In this document: one piece after another, positions 52,706 to 63,014 of the stretch
Position numbering within the stretch: position 1 is the first letter of the stretch
How the letters are laid out: each line of letters begins with the position of its first letter
Origin: an uncultured Actinomycetota bacterium
GTDB taxonomy: Bacteria > Actinomycetota > Actinomycetes > Actinomycetales > Microbacteriaceae
NCBI GenBank assembly: GCA_963702165.1
Contig: OY969722.1
Location: forward strand, 2,156,693-2,220,692
Direction: 5' to 3'
DNA length: 64,000 bases
Notes under the pieces: generated by a model
Told to the model about the DNA's origin: nothing
What the model saw: only the letters and a program-made list of their open reading frames with translations
Database searches by the model: none
Program-made: the position numbers and the translations under genes

Positions 52706-53026
52706 GTGAGCAAGAACGTCACCGACGCAACTTTCGCAGACGAGGTACTGAACTCCGACAAGACCGTGCTGGTCGACTTCTGGGCTGAATGGTGTGGCCC
52801 CTGCCGCGCCGTTTCGCCGATTCTCGACCAGATCGGCATCGAGCACGCCGACAAGATCGAGGTCGTCAAGCTCAACGTCGACGACAACCCGCAGATGGCG
52901 GCGAAGTACCAGATCACCTCGATCCCGGCGATGAAGGTCTACCGCGGTGGCGAGGTTGTGAAGACCGTGATCGGCGCCAAGCCGAAGCCCGCGCTCGAGG
53001 CGGACCTGGCCGAGTTCCTGGCTTAG
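52706..53026 (+). CDS. trxA: Thioredoxin
   Basis: WCGPC. Confidence 0.97.
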   Translation: MSKNVTDATFADEVLNSDKTVLVDFWAEWCGPCRAVSPILDQIGIEHADKIEVVKLNVDDNPQMAAKYQITSIPAMKVYRGGEVVKTVIGAKPKPALEADLAEFLA

Positions 53027-53113
53027 GAACCCCCGGCGGGGCTGCTCCCAATCGGATTTCAGCCCCAGCCGGGGCGCGTACCCTTGTTACACACCAAGAA
53101 GGGACGCGCAGCA

Positions 53114-54376
53114 ATGACATCTGGCCGCCACGGCAGCAACACCACCAACCTTGACCCGTGGCATGACAGCTACGCGGCGAGGACTGCCGGACTGAGCGCC
53201 TCCGAGGTCAGAGCGCTGTTTGCTGTCGCATCCCGACCGGAAGTTGCCTCGCTGGCCGGCGGTATGCCGTTCGTGTCGGCGCTGCCGCCGGAATTGGTCT
53301 CCGGTGCGATCGATCGGGTCATGCGCGAGCAGGGACCGGTCGCGCTGCAGTACGGCTCGGGGCAGGGCGTGCCCAAGCTGCGCGAGCAGATCCTCGACGT
53401 CATGGCGCTCGAGGGCATCCGGGCCAACTCCGATGACGTCGTCGTCACCACCGGGTCGCAGCACGCGCTCGAGTTGATTGCGAAGCTCTTCCTGGACCCG
53501 GGCGACGTCGTTCTGGCCGAGGGGCCGAGCTATGTCACCGCCCTCGTTGTGTTCAAGTCGTTCCAGGCCGAGATCGCGCATGTGCCGATGGATGAGCACG
53601 GGCTGATCCCATCTGCGCTGAGAGAGCACATCGCCCGGTTGCGCGCCGCCGGCCGTCGGATGAAGTTCCTGTACACCGTGCCGACGTTCAACAACCCGGC
53701 GGGGTTGACGCTGAGCGCTCACCGGCGTGCCGAGGTGCTGGAAATCGCGCGCGAGAACGGCATCCTGGTCATCGAGGACAACCCCTATGGGTTGTTGTAC
53801 TTCGAGAATCAGCCGCCGGAGGCGATGCGCTCTCTCGATTCGGACGGTGTCATCTATCTGGGCACGTTCTCGAAGACGCTCGCGCCTGGTTTCCGGGTCG
53901 GTTGGGTGCTTGCGCCGACCGCGATCAAGGACAAGCTGGTGCTCGCGAACGAGGCCGCCGTCCTGTCGCCGAGCAACTTCTCCCAGCTTGTGATCTCCGA
54001 GTACCTGGCCAGTGCCGACTGGCGGGGCCAGATCGACACATTCCGCGGTTTGTACCGGGAGCGCCGTGACGCAATGCTGTCTGCGCTGGAGGAGTACCTG
54101 CCTGAGTGCGAGTGGACGGTACCGGCCGGCGGATTCTATGTGTGGCTCACCCTGCCCGAGGGTCTGGATTCGCGCGCGATGCTGCCCCGTGCCATCGAGC
54201 AGCTCGTCGCTTACACGCCCGGGACCGCGTTCTACTCTGACGGGGACGGCGCCGCCAACATGCGACTGTCGTTCTGCTACCCGACACCCGACTTCATCCG
54301 AGAGGGCGTCCGAAGGCTCTCCATCGTGGTGAAGGCGGAACTCGCGCTGCGTGATGCCCACGCGAACTTGGCTTGA
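53114..54376 (+). CDS. PLP-dependent aminotransferase (class I, MocR/LysN-like)
   Basis: SLAGGMP, NNPAG, EDNPY, GTFSKTLAPGFRVGW. Confidence 0.9.
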   Translation: MTSGRHGSNTTNLDPWHDSYAARTAGLSASEVRALFAVASRPEVASLAGGMPFVSALPPELVSGAIDRVMREQGPVALQYGSGQGVPKLREQILDVMALEGIRANSDDVVVTTGSQHALELIAKLFLDPGDVVLAEGPSYVTALVVFKSFQAEIAHVPMDEHGLIPSALREHIARLRAAGRRMKFLYTVPTFNNPAGLTLSAHRRAEVLEIARENGILVIEDNPYGLLYFENQPPEAMRSLDSDGVIYLGTFSKTLAPGFRVGWVLAPTAIKDKLVLANEAAVLSPSNFSQLVISEYLASADWRGQIDTFRGLYRERRDAMLSALEEYLPECEWTVPAGGFYVWLTLPEGLDSRAMLPRAIEQLVAYTPGTAFYSDGDGAANMRLSFCYPTPDFIREGVRRLSIVVKAELALRDAHANLA

Positions 54377-54406
54377 GCTCTCCGGCGATCGAGTTCAATC
54401 AACCAC

Positions 54407-54553
54407 CGAGGGTCGAAATCGGCCCTTCCCGGTCGCGTGAAGGCCTCATTCTGACCGCTCGAAGGTCTCGGTGATCGAGCTTGTCGAGATCGCGCGCTGA
54501 GCGAAGAACCCCTGATCAGGGTAGGTTTTGGCGTGGTTTGGACAGGCTCAATC
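54407..54553. repeat. Degenerate REP-like hairpins between convergent genes
   Basis: CGAGGGTCGAAAT...ATTCTGACCGCTCG; GAGCTTGTCGAGA...TTTGGACAGGCTC. Confidence 0.55.
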
Positions 54554-54569
54554 CCGTGGTGCCGCGAGA

Positions 54570-55526
54570 TCAGTTGAAGCCGGGCTCGCCCAGTTCACCC
54601 AGGATGCGGTTCAGGTCTCCGACCGTCGCGAAGTCGATCACGATGGTGCCCTTCTTCGCACCCAACGTAACTTTTACTCGCGTGTCTAGTCGATCGCCCA
54701 GCCGATCGGCGATCTCGTTCAGCTGGCCCTGGCGTCCGCCAGCGGTCGGTTTGGCCTTTTTGGCCGGCTTGATCGAGACTTGGCCGGCCGCAGCCTCGGC
54801 CGCACGCACCGTGAGGTCCTCGTTGATGATCTTGTCAGCGAGTCGCTCCATGGCCTGCGAGTCCTCGCCGACGGAAAGCACCGCGCGCGCGTGGCCGGCG
54901 CTCAGCACTCCGGCAGCGACCTTCTTCTGCACCGAATCGGGCAGGCGAAGCAAGCGGATGGTGTTGGTGATCTGCGGCCGCGACCGACCGATGCGCGTTG
55001 CGAGCTCGTCCTGCGTGATGTTGAAGTCGGCGAGCAGCTGTTGGTAGGCGGATGCCTCCTCCAGCGGGTTGAGGTCCGCCCGATGCAGGTTCTCGAGCAG
55101 CGCGTCGCGCAGCATCGCATCATCGTTGGTGTTCTTGATGACGGCCGGGATCGTCTCGAGGCCGAGTGCCTTGGTCGCACGCAACCTGCGCTCGCCCATG
55201 ATCAGCTCGTATTTGGGGGAGCCGTTCGCGGCATCCGGGATCGGACGCACCACGACCGGCTGGAGCACGCCGACCTCCCGGATCGACGCGATCAGCTCGT
55301 CGAGCTTCTCCTGGTCGAATTCGGTGCGCGGCTGGACGGCGTTGGGAACGATCTCCTCTGGACGCAGGTTGGCCAGTCGAGCACCCGGAACCGCGATCAG
55401 TCCCTCTGTTTCGGGCTCAGCCCTGGCCGCGGGGGAAGGGAAGAAAACGTCGACGGGACGGGCAGACCCCGTATCGGTGGGGATGAGTGCGCCGATGCCT
55501 CGGCCGAGTCCGGTGCGCTTTGCCAT
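54570..55526 (-). CDS. parB: Chromosome partitioning protein ParB
   Basis: GLGRGIGALI, QPR, GERRLRA, ENLHRADLNPLEEA, HTH. Confidence 0.96.
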   Translation of the reverse strand: MAKRTGLGRGIGALIPTDTGSARPVDVFFPSPAARAEPETEGLIAVPGARLANLRPEEIVPNAVQPRTEFDQEKLDELIASIREVGVLQPVVVRPIPDAANGSPKYELIMGERRLRATKALGLETIPAVIKNTNDDAMLRDALLENLHRADLNPLEEASAYQQLLADFNITQDELATRIGRSRPQITNTIRLLRLPDSVQKKVAAGVLSAGHARAVLSVGEDSQAMERLADKIINEDLTVRAAEAAAGQVSIKPAKKAKPTAGGRQGQLNEIADRLGDRLDTRVKVTLGAKKGTIVIDFATVGDLNRILGELGEPGFN

Positions 55527-56827
55527 CAGTTTGGTGCTCCTCTGCGGGCGATTTCCGCCGCTGCCTCAAGGTAGGAAAGGGATCCAGGCGAGTTGGTGTC
55601 GTAGCTGATGACGCTCTGCCCGTAGCTGGGCGCCTCGGAGATACGCACCGAACGGGGGATCAGCGTCTGAAGAACCTCGTTCGGGAAGTGCTCACGAACG
55701 TCCTGCACAACCTGGTTGGCGAGGTTCGTGCGCGCGTCGTACATCGTGAGAAGGATCGTGGACACATTCAGCGTCGGGTTCAGGTGACGCTCGATGAGCT
55801 GGATGTTGTTGAGTAGCTGGCTCAGGCCCTCGAGCGCGTAGTACTCGCACTGAATCGGGATGAGCACCTCGTTCGCAGCTACGAACGCATTGATCGTGAG
55901 CAGCCCGAGCGAAGGGGGGCAGTCGATGAAGACGTAGTGGAAGGTTTCGTCCGAGGATTCAAGGAAGGTTTCGAGAGCACTCCGCAGCCGCTGCTCGCGT
56001 GCGACGAGCGACACCAGTTCGATCTCGGCGCCTGCAAGGTGAATGGTCGCCGGAATGCAGTAGAGCGCCTCGAATTCTGGGCTCTTCTGCACGACGCTCG
56101 CCATCGGCAGGTCGTTGATGATCACCTCGTAGACGCTGGGCGTCTCGGATCGGTGTTCGACACCCAACGCGGTGGACGCGTTGCCTTGTGGGTCAAGGTC
56201 GATCACGAGCACACGCGCTCCGGTGCGGGCGAGCGCTGCCGCCAGGTTCACCGTGGTGGTGGTCTTGCCGACACCACCCTTTTGGTTGGCGACCGTGAAG
56301 ATCCGGGTCTTGGTGGGGAGCGGCAGGTCCTGGGATGAGAGCAGCTGCCGACGGCGCGTGATCTCTGCGAGTTCGCGAGCGAGGGGAGTGGATTCATCGA
56401 AAGCGGATGCAGGCCGTGCGGATGCGGAGCTGGAGGCCTTTCGCTCCAGGGGAGGCTCCACCACGGGATCTGGCGTTTCCGTCGTCGTCTCCGCGGGCTC
56501 TTCGGGCGCGGCGGACTCTTCGGGCGCGGCGGCGACTTCCGACTCGGCCTCGTCGGCAGCGATTTCGCCCTCGATGGTCTCGAAGTCGGCGGCATCTCCG
56601 GCAGCAGCAGGAGCTTCTGCGGTCAGCACGATGGTCGTTCCGGTCGAATCCACGGCGATCGCCGCCGAGTCATCGCCCGTCCAGACCGGGGCCGCGACCT
56701 CGCCGCGATCAGATCCGTGGTGTTCGGTCTGGTCCGCCGGCGGCGCGTCCGCTACAGCATCGTGCTCCGTCTCCGTGCTCGATGCCTGGTCGGCGGTCGT
56801 GGCGACCGCCTCATCCTGATGTTTCAC
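55526..56827 (-). CDS. parA: Chromosome partitioning ATPase ParA with long acidic N-terminal extension (start uncertain)
   Basis: NQKGGVGKTT, DLDPQGNAS, DCPPSLG, IPRSVRISEAPS. Confidence 0.93.
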   Translation of the reverse strand: MKHQDEAVATTADQASSTETEHDAVADAPPADQTEHHGSDRGEVAAPVWTGDDSAAIAVDSTGTTIVLTAEAPAAAGDAADFETIEGEIAADEAESEVAAAPEESAAPEEPAETTTETPDPVVEPPLERKASSSASARPASAFDESTPLARELAEITRRRQLLSSQDLPLPTKTRIFTVANQKGGVGKTTTTVNLAAALARTGARVLVIDLDPQGNASTALGVEHRSETPSVYEVIINDLPMASVVQKSPEFEALYCIPATIHLAGAEIELVSLVAREQRLRSALETFLESSDETFHYVFIDCPPSLGLLTINAFVAANEVLIPIQCEYYALEGLSQLLNNIQLIERHLNPTLNVSTILLTMYDARTNLANQVVQDVREHFPNEVLQTLIPRSVRISEAPSYGQSVISYDTNSPGSLSYLEAAAEIARRGAPN

Positions 56828-56835
56828 GTGAAACC
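56820..56835. promoter_or_regulatory. parS site
   Basis: TGTTTCACGTGAAACC. Confidence 0.9.
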
Positions 56836-56906
56836 TTCTTAGTCCGAGGATCAATTTCTCACGACCTCTGCCCTCTAGCCCTGCCGAGCGAGGCGAGCCC
56901 TCGCCG

Positions 56907-57533
56907 TCAATCCACTGTAGATCGGAAGACGCGCGTTACCTCGGCGACCTGCCCAGCACCGAGCGTAATGATCTCGATATTGCTCAGCCGCGCCTTCCGG
57001 ATGGCCTTGGCGGCCGCTTCGACTTCCTTCTCCACGCTCGCGCCCTTGAACAGCAGCAGCTCGCCGCCGCTGCGTACGAGTCGGGCGGTGATTGGGATCA
57101 GCTTCGAGAGGGCACCGACGGCGCGGGCCGTCACCTGGTCGAGCCACGGGGAGAACTCGACCTCCTCGGCGCGTGCGCGAACGACCTCGACGTTGTCCAA
57201 TCCCAGCGAAGAGCTCTCGTGCTCGAGCCATTCGACGCGGCGCTCCATCGGCTCGATGAGCACAAAGTCGACATCCGGGCGGGCGATGGCAAGGACGAGT
57301 CCGGGCAGGCCGGCGCCACTTCCGACATCGCCCACCCGACCCGGCCGAAGCAGCGGGGCGAGCAGCACCGAGTTCAAGATGTGCCGGGTCCAGAGCCGGG
57401 GGAGTTCGAGCGGTCCAATCAAACCGAGTTCGTCACCGCGCCGGGCAAGGTCTGCCGTAAAGGCTCGCGCGAGCTCGATCCGATCGCCGAAGAGTTCCGC
57501 CGCGACGGCCGGCTCGGCCTCAACCGAGCTCAT
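56907..57533 (-). CDS. rsmG: 16S rRNA m7G527 methyltransferase
   Basis: WTRHILNS, DVGSGAGLPG, VTARAV. Confidence 0.95.
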   Translation of the reverse strand: MSSVEAEPAVAAELFGDRIELARAFTADLARRGDELGLIGPLELPRLWTRHILNSVLLAPLLRPGRVGDVGSGAGLPGLVLAIARPDVDFVLIEPMERRVEWLEHESSSLGLDNVEVVRARAEEVEFSPWLDQVTARAVGALSKLIPITARLVRSGGELLLFKGASVEKEVEAAAKAIRKARLSNIEIITLGAGQVAEVTRVFRSTVD

Positions 57534-57535
57534 GA

Positions 57536-57551
57536 TGTTTCACGTGAAACA
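57536..57551. promoter_or_regulatory. parS site (perfect palindrome)
   Basis: TGTTTCACGTGAAACA. Confidence 0.95.
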
Positions 57552-57555
57552 TGGG

Positions 57556-58077
57556 TCACTTGGCGGTGATGACGGTGTGGCGGTCTCGTCCCTCGCCCTC
57601 GGAGACCGAGACATAGCCTTCGCCAGCCACGATATCGTGCACGACCTTGCGCTCGTACGACGACATCGGGGGGAGCGCTGCGGATGCCGCACCGTCCTCG
57701 ACGCGCTGGATGGCGCGCTCGACGAGTGCGATCAGTTCCGCTTGACGGGCCTCACGCGAGCCGCCGATATCCAGGATGAGCCGCGAGAAAGCGCCGGTGC
57801 GCGTGTGCACCGCGATGCGGGCCAACTCCTGCAGGGCATTCACGGTGTCCGGCTTGGACAGCAGTCGGAGGTTGCTGTCGCTGGTCGATGTGACGGAGAC
57901 GTACGCACGCCCGTCGCGGACATCGATGTCGATGTCGCCGTCCAGGTCGGCCACGTCGAGGAGTTCTTCGATGTAGTCCGCCGCGGCGTCGCCTTCTTCT
58001 TCAAGCTGGCTGACCGTGGGACGGATGTCGTCGGCGCCGGGCTCGATGCCGTCGGTCTCGGGGGAGAGCTGCGTCAC
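57556..58077 (-). CDS. jag: Jag/KhpB family R3H RNA-binding protein
   Basis: AADYIEELLD, PMSSYERKVVHD, SEGEG. Confidence 0.92.
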   Translation of the reverse strand: MTQLSPETDGIEPGADDIRPTVSQLEEEGDAAADYIEELLDVADLDGDIDIDVRDGRAYVSVTSTSDSNLRLLSKPDTVNALQELARIAVHTRTGAFSRLILDIGGSREARQAELIALVERAIQRVEDGAASAALPPMSSYERKVVHDIVAGEGYVSVSEGEGRDRHTVITAK

Positions 58078-58082
58078 GGTCG

Positions 58083-59030
58083 CTACCTCTTCTTCTTCTT
58101 GCGGTTCTTGGGGTTGACGGGTTGCTGTCGCTGCGTCTGCTTCGGGGGCTCCGGAGTTGCCGGCTCGTCAGTCTCGACGATTGTGATGCCCTTGCGCTGA
58201 CGCTTCTTGGCGAGTCTCGCCTCGCGCGCGAGCGCGGCCTCGCTACCCGGGGTGGGCAGGTTGCGGATGACGATGAACTGCTGGCCCATCGTCCAGAAGT
58301 TCGACACCAGCCAGTAGGTCATGACGCCGAGCGGGAACGTGAAGCCGGAGAACAGGAAGACGAGGGGGAGGATGTACAGCAGGATCCGCTGCTGCTTGTA
58401 CATCGGGCTCGCCTTCATCTCCGGCGACTGGTTCTTCGACATGATCTGCAGCTGCGTGATGAACTGCGAACTCGTCATCAGGATGACCATGATGACCGCG
58501 ATGACGATGACTGCGACGTTGCCGTCGGCGGTCGAGATCGACAGGCGCAGGGGAGCGCCGAGGAACTCGGAGCGAGCGAACGACTCGGACAGCTCCTGGT
58601 TCAGGAGGCCGACCCCGACGCCCTCGTGCTGGGCATTCTGCAGCACCGAGAAGAGGCCGAAGAAGATCGGCATCTGCAGGAGCAGTGGGAGGCAGGACGC
58701 CAGTGGGTTGGTGCCGGCCTTGCGGTATGCCTCCATGGTCTCGCGCGACATCGCCTCACGGGAGAACTGGTCGCGCTTGCCCTTGTACTTGTCCTGGATC
58801 TTCTTCAGCGCCGGAGCCACCTCGAGCATCCGGCGCTGGCTGCGAATCTGCCGCACCGTGATCGGGATCAGCGCGGCACGCACCACGATGACCAGCCCGA
58901 CAATCGACAGCACCCAGGTGAGTCCCGCATCCGGGTCGAGTCCGACATTGCTCCACAGCCAGTGGAACGCGACGAGGATCGCCTCGATGACCCACTTGAT
59001 GGGCCAGAGGATGGTGCCGATGAGATCCAT
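58083..59030 (-). CDS. yidC: Membrane protein insertase YidC
   Basis: VRAALIP, NPLASCLPLLLQMPIF, YWLVSN...QQ. Confidence 0.95.
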   Translation of the reverse strand: MDLIGTILWPIKWVIEAILVAFHWLWSNVGLDPDAGLTWVLSIVGLVIVVRAALIPITVRQIRSQRRMLEVAPALKKIQDKYKGKRDQFSREAMSRETMEAYRKAGTNPLASCLPLLLQMPIFFGLFSVLQNAQHEGVGVGLLNQELSESFARSEFLGAPLRLSISTADGNVAVIVIAVIMVILMTSSQFITQLQIMSKNQSPEMKASPMYKQQRILLYILPLVFLFSGFTFPLGVMTYWLVSNFWTMGQQFIVIRNLPTPGSEAALAREARLAKKRQRKGITIVETDEPATPEPPKQTQRQQPVNPKNRKKKKR

Positions 59031-59037
59031 GTAGGAG

Positions 59038-59346
59038 TCAGGCCTTTCCGTGGTTCAGGGTTACGAAGCCGAAGGAGGTGAGCCGGTAGCGACCGGAGGT
59101 ATTAACGGGCACGTCATCGACGCCGCCCGCCGCCCAGGGGTGACAACGGAGAATGCGTCTGGACCCGAGCCAGATTCCCTTGACGACGCCGTGCTGTTGG
59201 ATCGCCTGCAACGCGTAGTGCGAGCAGCTCGGGTAGTAACGGCAGACATCGCCATATAGAGGAGAGATCAACAGGCGATAGGCGCGCAGAATGAGCACGC
59301 AGAGGTTGCGTGGCAACAACCAGAGGGTAAGTAGAATTTTACTCAA
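59038..59346 (-). CDS. yidD: Membrane protein insertion efficiency factor YidD
   Basis: CRYYPSCSHY, RILRCHPW...GGVD. Confidence 0.95.
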   Translation of the reverse strand: MSKILLTLWLLPRNLCVLILRAYRLLISPLYGDVCRYYPSCSHYALQAIQQHGVVKGIWLGSRRILRCHPWAAGGVDDVPVNTSGRYRLTSFGFVTLNHGKA

Positions 59347-59681
59347 TTGGGGAGGCTCCTCGACAATGCGTCGACGACGTCCTTATGGAGCGTAGCCGAG
59401 GGCACCTGCTCGGATCCGGGGAGGGCACGTACGACCACATCGGTGCCCGGCGCGACAGTTGGGAGCAGCCGATAGCAGACAGCGCGCAAGCGACGGCGCA
59501 CAAGATTGCGCTTCACCGCGTTGCCCACCTTCCGAGTGATGATGAATCCGAACCTGGGTGGTCGACTCTCACCGGTACTCGCGACGTGCATAACCGTGCT
59601 GGAACCGCTGAACCGACGGCCACGACGCAGCGTGGACTTAAAATCGTCGGCGGTCACCAGCCGGTTGCGGCCCGCGAGCAC
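59343..59681 (-). CDS. rnpA: Ribonuclease P protein component
   Basis: RFGFIITRKVGNAVKRNLVRRRLR. Confidence 0.95.
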   Translation of the reverse strand: MLAGRNRLVTADDFKSTLRRGRRFSGSSTVMHVASTGESRPPRFGFIITRKVGNAVKRNLVRRRLRAVCYRLLPTVAPGTDVVVRALPGSEQVPSATLHKDVVDALSRSLPN

Positions 59682-59690
59682 GGGAGACGA

Positions 59691-59828
59691 CTAAGCCGAG
59701 AGTTCGGTGCGACCCTTGCGACGACGCGCGGCGAGGATGGCGCGGCCCGCGCGGGTGCGCATCCGGAGACGGAAGCCGTGCACCTTGGCGCGGCGGCGGT
59801 TGTTCGGCTGGAAGGTTCGCTTGCTCAT
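59691..59828 (-). CDS. rpmH: 50S ribosomal protein L34
   Basis: [23 protein letters not shown]. Confidence 0.97.
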   Translation of the reverse strand: MSKRTFQPNNRRRAKVHGFRLRMRTRAGRAILAARRRKGRTELSA

Positions 59829-59978
59829 GATTCTCTCTCCACAGGTGAATCCGTAAGGGCCAACAAGAGAACTGAGCCCTGGGAAGTCAGGTTGCCGTTT
59901 ACCGGCAGAAGTCAACTGATTAAAGGTACGGGGTTAACCTCGCCCGGTCAAACGGGGCAACCGGAGTACCTACTAACA

Positions 59979-60070
59979 CTATCCCCAGTTTTGGAGATGC
60001 CTTTAGCCTGTCCTACCGACACAAACTATGGTGGTGTGACTGCACAGACGGTGGATAACCCTGTGAGTAA
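59979..60070. promoter_or_regulatory. DnaA boxes upstream of dnaA
   Basis: CTATCCCCA, GGTGGATAA, TGTGAGTAA in the rpmH-dnaA gap. Confidence 0.65.
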
Positions 60071-60094
60071 CTTTTTTTGACGGTGAGGGGAACG

Positions 60095-61498
60095 ATGGCC
60101 GACGGAGCTGACCCGACCAGCGGTCTGTGGCAATCCGTGCTGCAGGCGCTGCGATCGGACGAGCGGATCACTCCGCAACTCGAAGGCTTCCTGTCGCTCG
60201 TCGAACCCAAGGGGGTGATGGCCGGCACCTTCTACCTCGAAGTGCCGAACGACCTCACCCGCGGGATGCTCGAGCAGCGCATCCGGATCCCGCTGCTCAA
60301 CGCGATGAGCCTGGTCAGCGGCGAAAACAACTCGGTCGAGAACTTTGCCGTGGTGGTGAACCCCGAGATCGGGCAGGACCTGCTGGAGTCGACCTCCGAA
60401 CCGCACGAACAGCCGTACATCGAGCCGACGCCAGAGGTACGCGACACCGGTCGCCGCGGCGACTCGCGGTTGAACCCGAAATACAGCTTCGACAACTTCG
60501 TCATTGGCGGGTCGAACCGCTTCGCCCACGCGGCCGCGGTCGCGGTGGCCGAAGCGCCGGCGAAGGCCTACAACCCACTCTTCATCTATGGCGAGTCCGG
60601 CCTCGGCAAGACCCACCTGCTGCATGCAATCGGCCATTACGCCGAGAGTATGTACCCAGGCATCCGCACCCGTTATGTCAGCTCCGAAGAGTTCACGAAC
60701 GACTTCATCAACTCGATCGCCAACAACCGGTCATCGCTGTTCCAGTCGCGCTACCGCGACATCGACATCCTGCTGATCGACGACATCCAGTTCCTGCAGG
60801 GCAAGGACTCGACGCAGGAAGCCTTCTTCCACACCTTCAACACGCTGCACGATCACAACAAGCAGGTAGTGATCACGAGCGACCTGCCTCCCAAGCACCT
60901 GACGGGCTTCGAAGACCGGATGCGATCGCGCTTCGAGTGGGGACTGATCACCGATGTCCAGGCGCCAGACCTGGAGACCCGCATCGCCATCCTGCGCAAG
61001 AAGGCGCAGAGCGAACGGCTGCAGGTGCCGGACGACATCCTCGAGTACATGGCGTCCAAGGTGTCGTCGAACATTCGGGAGCTCGAAGGCACGCTTATCC
61101 GGGTCACCGCGTTCTCCAGCCTCAACCGGACGCCGGTCGATATGGCACTCGTACAGACGGTGCTGAAGGACTTGATCACCCTTGACGAGGACAACGTCAT
61201 CGCGCCGGTCGACATCATCAATCACACCGCCGAGTACTTCAAACTCACGGTCGACGACCTGTACGGGTCGAGCCGTTCCCAGGCTGTTGCCACCGCTCGT
61301 CAGATCGCGATGTATCTGTGCCGCGAACTCACCAACCTGTCGCTGCCCAAGATCGGCCAGCTGTTCGGCAATCGCGACCACACAACCGTGATGTATGCGA
61401 ACAAGAAGATCAGTGAGCTCATGAAGGAGCGCCGCTCCATCTACAACCAGGTGACAGAACTCACGAGCCGCATCAAGCAGAACCACCGCTACAAGTAG
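60095..61498 (+). CDS. dnaA: Chromosomal replication initiator DnaA
   Basis: YNPLFIYGESGLGKTHL, LLIDDIQF, RELEG, RDHTTV. Confidence 0.98.
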   Translation: MADGADPTSGLWQSVLQALRSDERITPQLEGFLSLVEPKGVMAGTFYLEVPNDLTRGMLEQRIRIPLLNAMSLVSGENNSVENFAVVVNPEIGQDLLESTSEPHEQPYIEPTPEVRDTGRRGDSRLNPKYSFDNFVIGGSNRFAHAAAVAVAEAPAKAYNPLFIYGESGLGKTHLLHAIGHYAESMYPGIRTRYVSSEEFTNDFINSIANNRSSLFQSRYRDIDILLIDDIQFLQGKDSTQEAFFHTFNTLHDHNKQVVITSDLPPKHLTGFEDRMRSRFEWGLITDVQAPDLETRIAILRKKAQSERLQVPDDILEYMASKVSSNIRELEGTLIRVTAFSSLNRTPVDMALVQTVLKDLITLDEDNVIAPVDIINHTAEYFKLTVDDLYGSSRSQAVATARQIAMYLCRELTNLSLPKIGQLFGNRDHTTVMYANKKISELMKERRSIYNQVTELTSRIKQNHRYK

Positions 61499-61790
61499 AT
61501 CCGGCGAGTTTAATCCCCAAGGTGGATAACCTGTGGATAACTGTCGAGCTTCTTGTGAATTACACGCTCAGGCATGTGTAAACGGGTTGCTTGTAGTTCA
61601 GGCGAGATTTCATCATCCGCAACCAGTTCGACAGCGCTTCCACATCTCACACGGTTGTAGTTCCCGCGATATGACAAGGATGCACAGGGTTATCCACAGT
61701 TTCCACAGCGGTTAATACGATTGTCCTTTAAAGAGTTAATCAATCCTCCGCCAACGAATGCGGTGCGTCGTACGGCCTCGCGTGGCCTGT
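61499..61790. other. oriC (dnaA-dnaN intergenic region)
   Basis: DnaA boxes GGTGGATAA, TGTGGATAA (61532), TTATCCACA (61690), TTTCCACA, and an AT-rich stretch at about 61711-61745. Confidence 0.88.
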
Positions 61791-61839
61791 GCCAGTATTA
61801 AGCCCCAGTCGTACAGCCCACAGCAGACACGAGGTGAAC

Positions 61840-62988
61840 ATGAAGTTCCAGGTCAATCGCGACGTCTTCAGCGAAGCCGTGTCCTTCGCGGTGAAGCTTC
61901 TGCCCCAGCGCACCACCTTGCCGATTCTGAGCGGGGTGCTCATCGAGACGACCGATGCCGGCCTCACGCTTTCCTCATTCGATTACGAAGTCTCGACGCA
62001 GACGTCGATCGCAGCTGACGTCGAAGAGCCCGGCCGCATCCTGGTCTCCGGGCGACTGCTGGCCGACATCGCGAGCCGACTTCCCAGCGCACCAGTGCAG
62101 TTCTCGACTGACGGCAGCCGGGTCAGCGTCGTCTGCGGTTCTGCCAAGTTCAACCTGCTCAGCATGCCGGTCGAGGAATACCCGACGCTGCCGCAGATCT
62201 CCGCGTCATCGGGCCTTCTGCCGGCCGAAGACTTCGCCGAGGCCGTCGCCCAGGTGGCGGTCGCCGCATCCCGTGACGACGTGACGCCCGTCATCACCGG
62301 TGTGCAGCTCGAGGTTTCCGAGAACAGCCTCAGCCTGGTCGCAACCGACCGCTACCGAGTGGCAATCCGCGAGATCCCCTGGGATTCAGGTGATTCCCAA
62401 GCTCCGGATGGTGTCACCGCGCTAGTGCCGTCGCGCACCTTGACTGAGATCGGCAAGACCTTCGGGCACAGCGGAAACGTGTCGGTCGCGGTGACGAACA
62501 ACGACGAGCGCGAACTCATCGCCTTCTCTGCAGACAACAAGACCGTCACCTCGCTGCTCATCAAGGGCAACTTCCCGCCGGTTCGCCGACTGTTCCCCGA
62601 GTCGGTGGACAACTACGCGGTCATGAACACCGGTGAGCTCATCGAGGCGGTCCGTCGCGTTTCGCTCGTGCTGGAGCGCGAGGCTGCCCTGCGGTTCACC
62701 TTCGCGATGGATTCCGTGACCCTCGAGGCGATCGGCTCTGAGCAGGCGCAGGCATCCGAGACCATCGACGCGCACCTCAGCGGCGAAGACACGGTGGTTT
62801 CGCTCAAGCCGCAGTTCCTGCTGGATGGCCTCGGCGCCGTGCACTCCGAGTTCGTTCGCATCTCCTTCACCAAGACTGACAACCCGAACAAGCCCGGTCC
62901 GGTGCTGATCACCAGCCAGACCTCGCGGGAGACGCCGGGCGCAGACAACTACAAGTACCTGCTGCAGCCGAATCTCCTGCTTCGCTGA
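61840..62988 (+). CDS. dnaN: DNA polymerase III beta clamp
   Basis: PILSGVLI, SFDYEVS, VATDRYR, YLLQP. Confidence 0.96.
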   Translation: MKFQVNRDVFSEAVSFAVKLLPQRTTLPILSGVLIETTDAGLTLSSFDYEVSTQTSIAADVEEPGRILVSGRLLADIASRLPSAPVQFSTDGSRVSVVCGSAKFNLLSMPVEEYPTLPQISASSGLLPAEDFAEAVAQVAVAASRDDVTPVITGVQLEVSENSLSLVATDRYRVAIREIPWDSGDSQAPDGVTALVPSRTLTEIGKTFGHSGNVSVAVTNNDERELIAFSADNKTVTSLLIKGNFPPVRRLFPESVDNYAVMNTGELIEAVRRVSLVLEREAALRFTFAMDSVTLEAIGSEQAQASETIDAHLSGEDTVVSLKPQFLLDGLGAVHSEFVRISFTKTDNPNKPGPVLITSQTSRETPGADNYKYLLQPNLLLR

Positions 62989-63014
62989 GCGGGTTCAGCA
63001 GAGCGGAGCGAACA

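Noticed and set aside
59979-59997. TCCCCAGTTTTGGAGA as a third copy of the fliA-upstream dyad
   Set aside because: Better explained as a degenerate DnaA box (CTATCCCCA) in the dnaA promoter region
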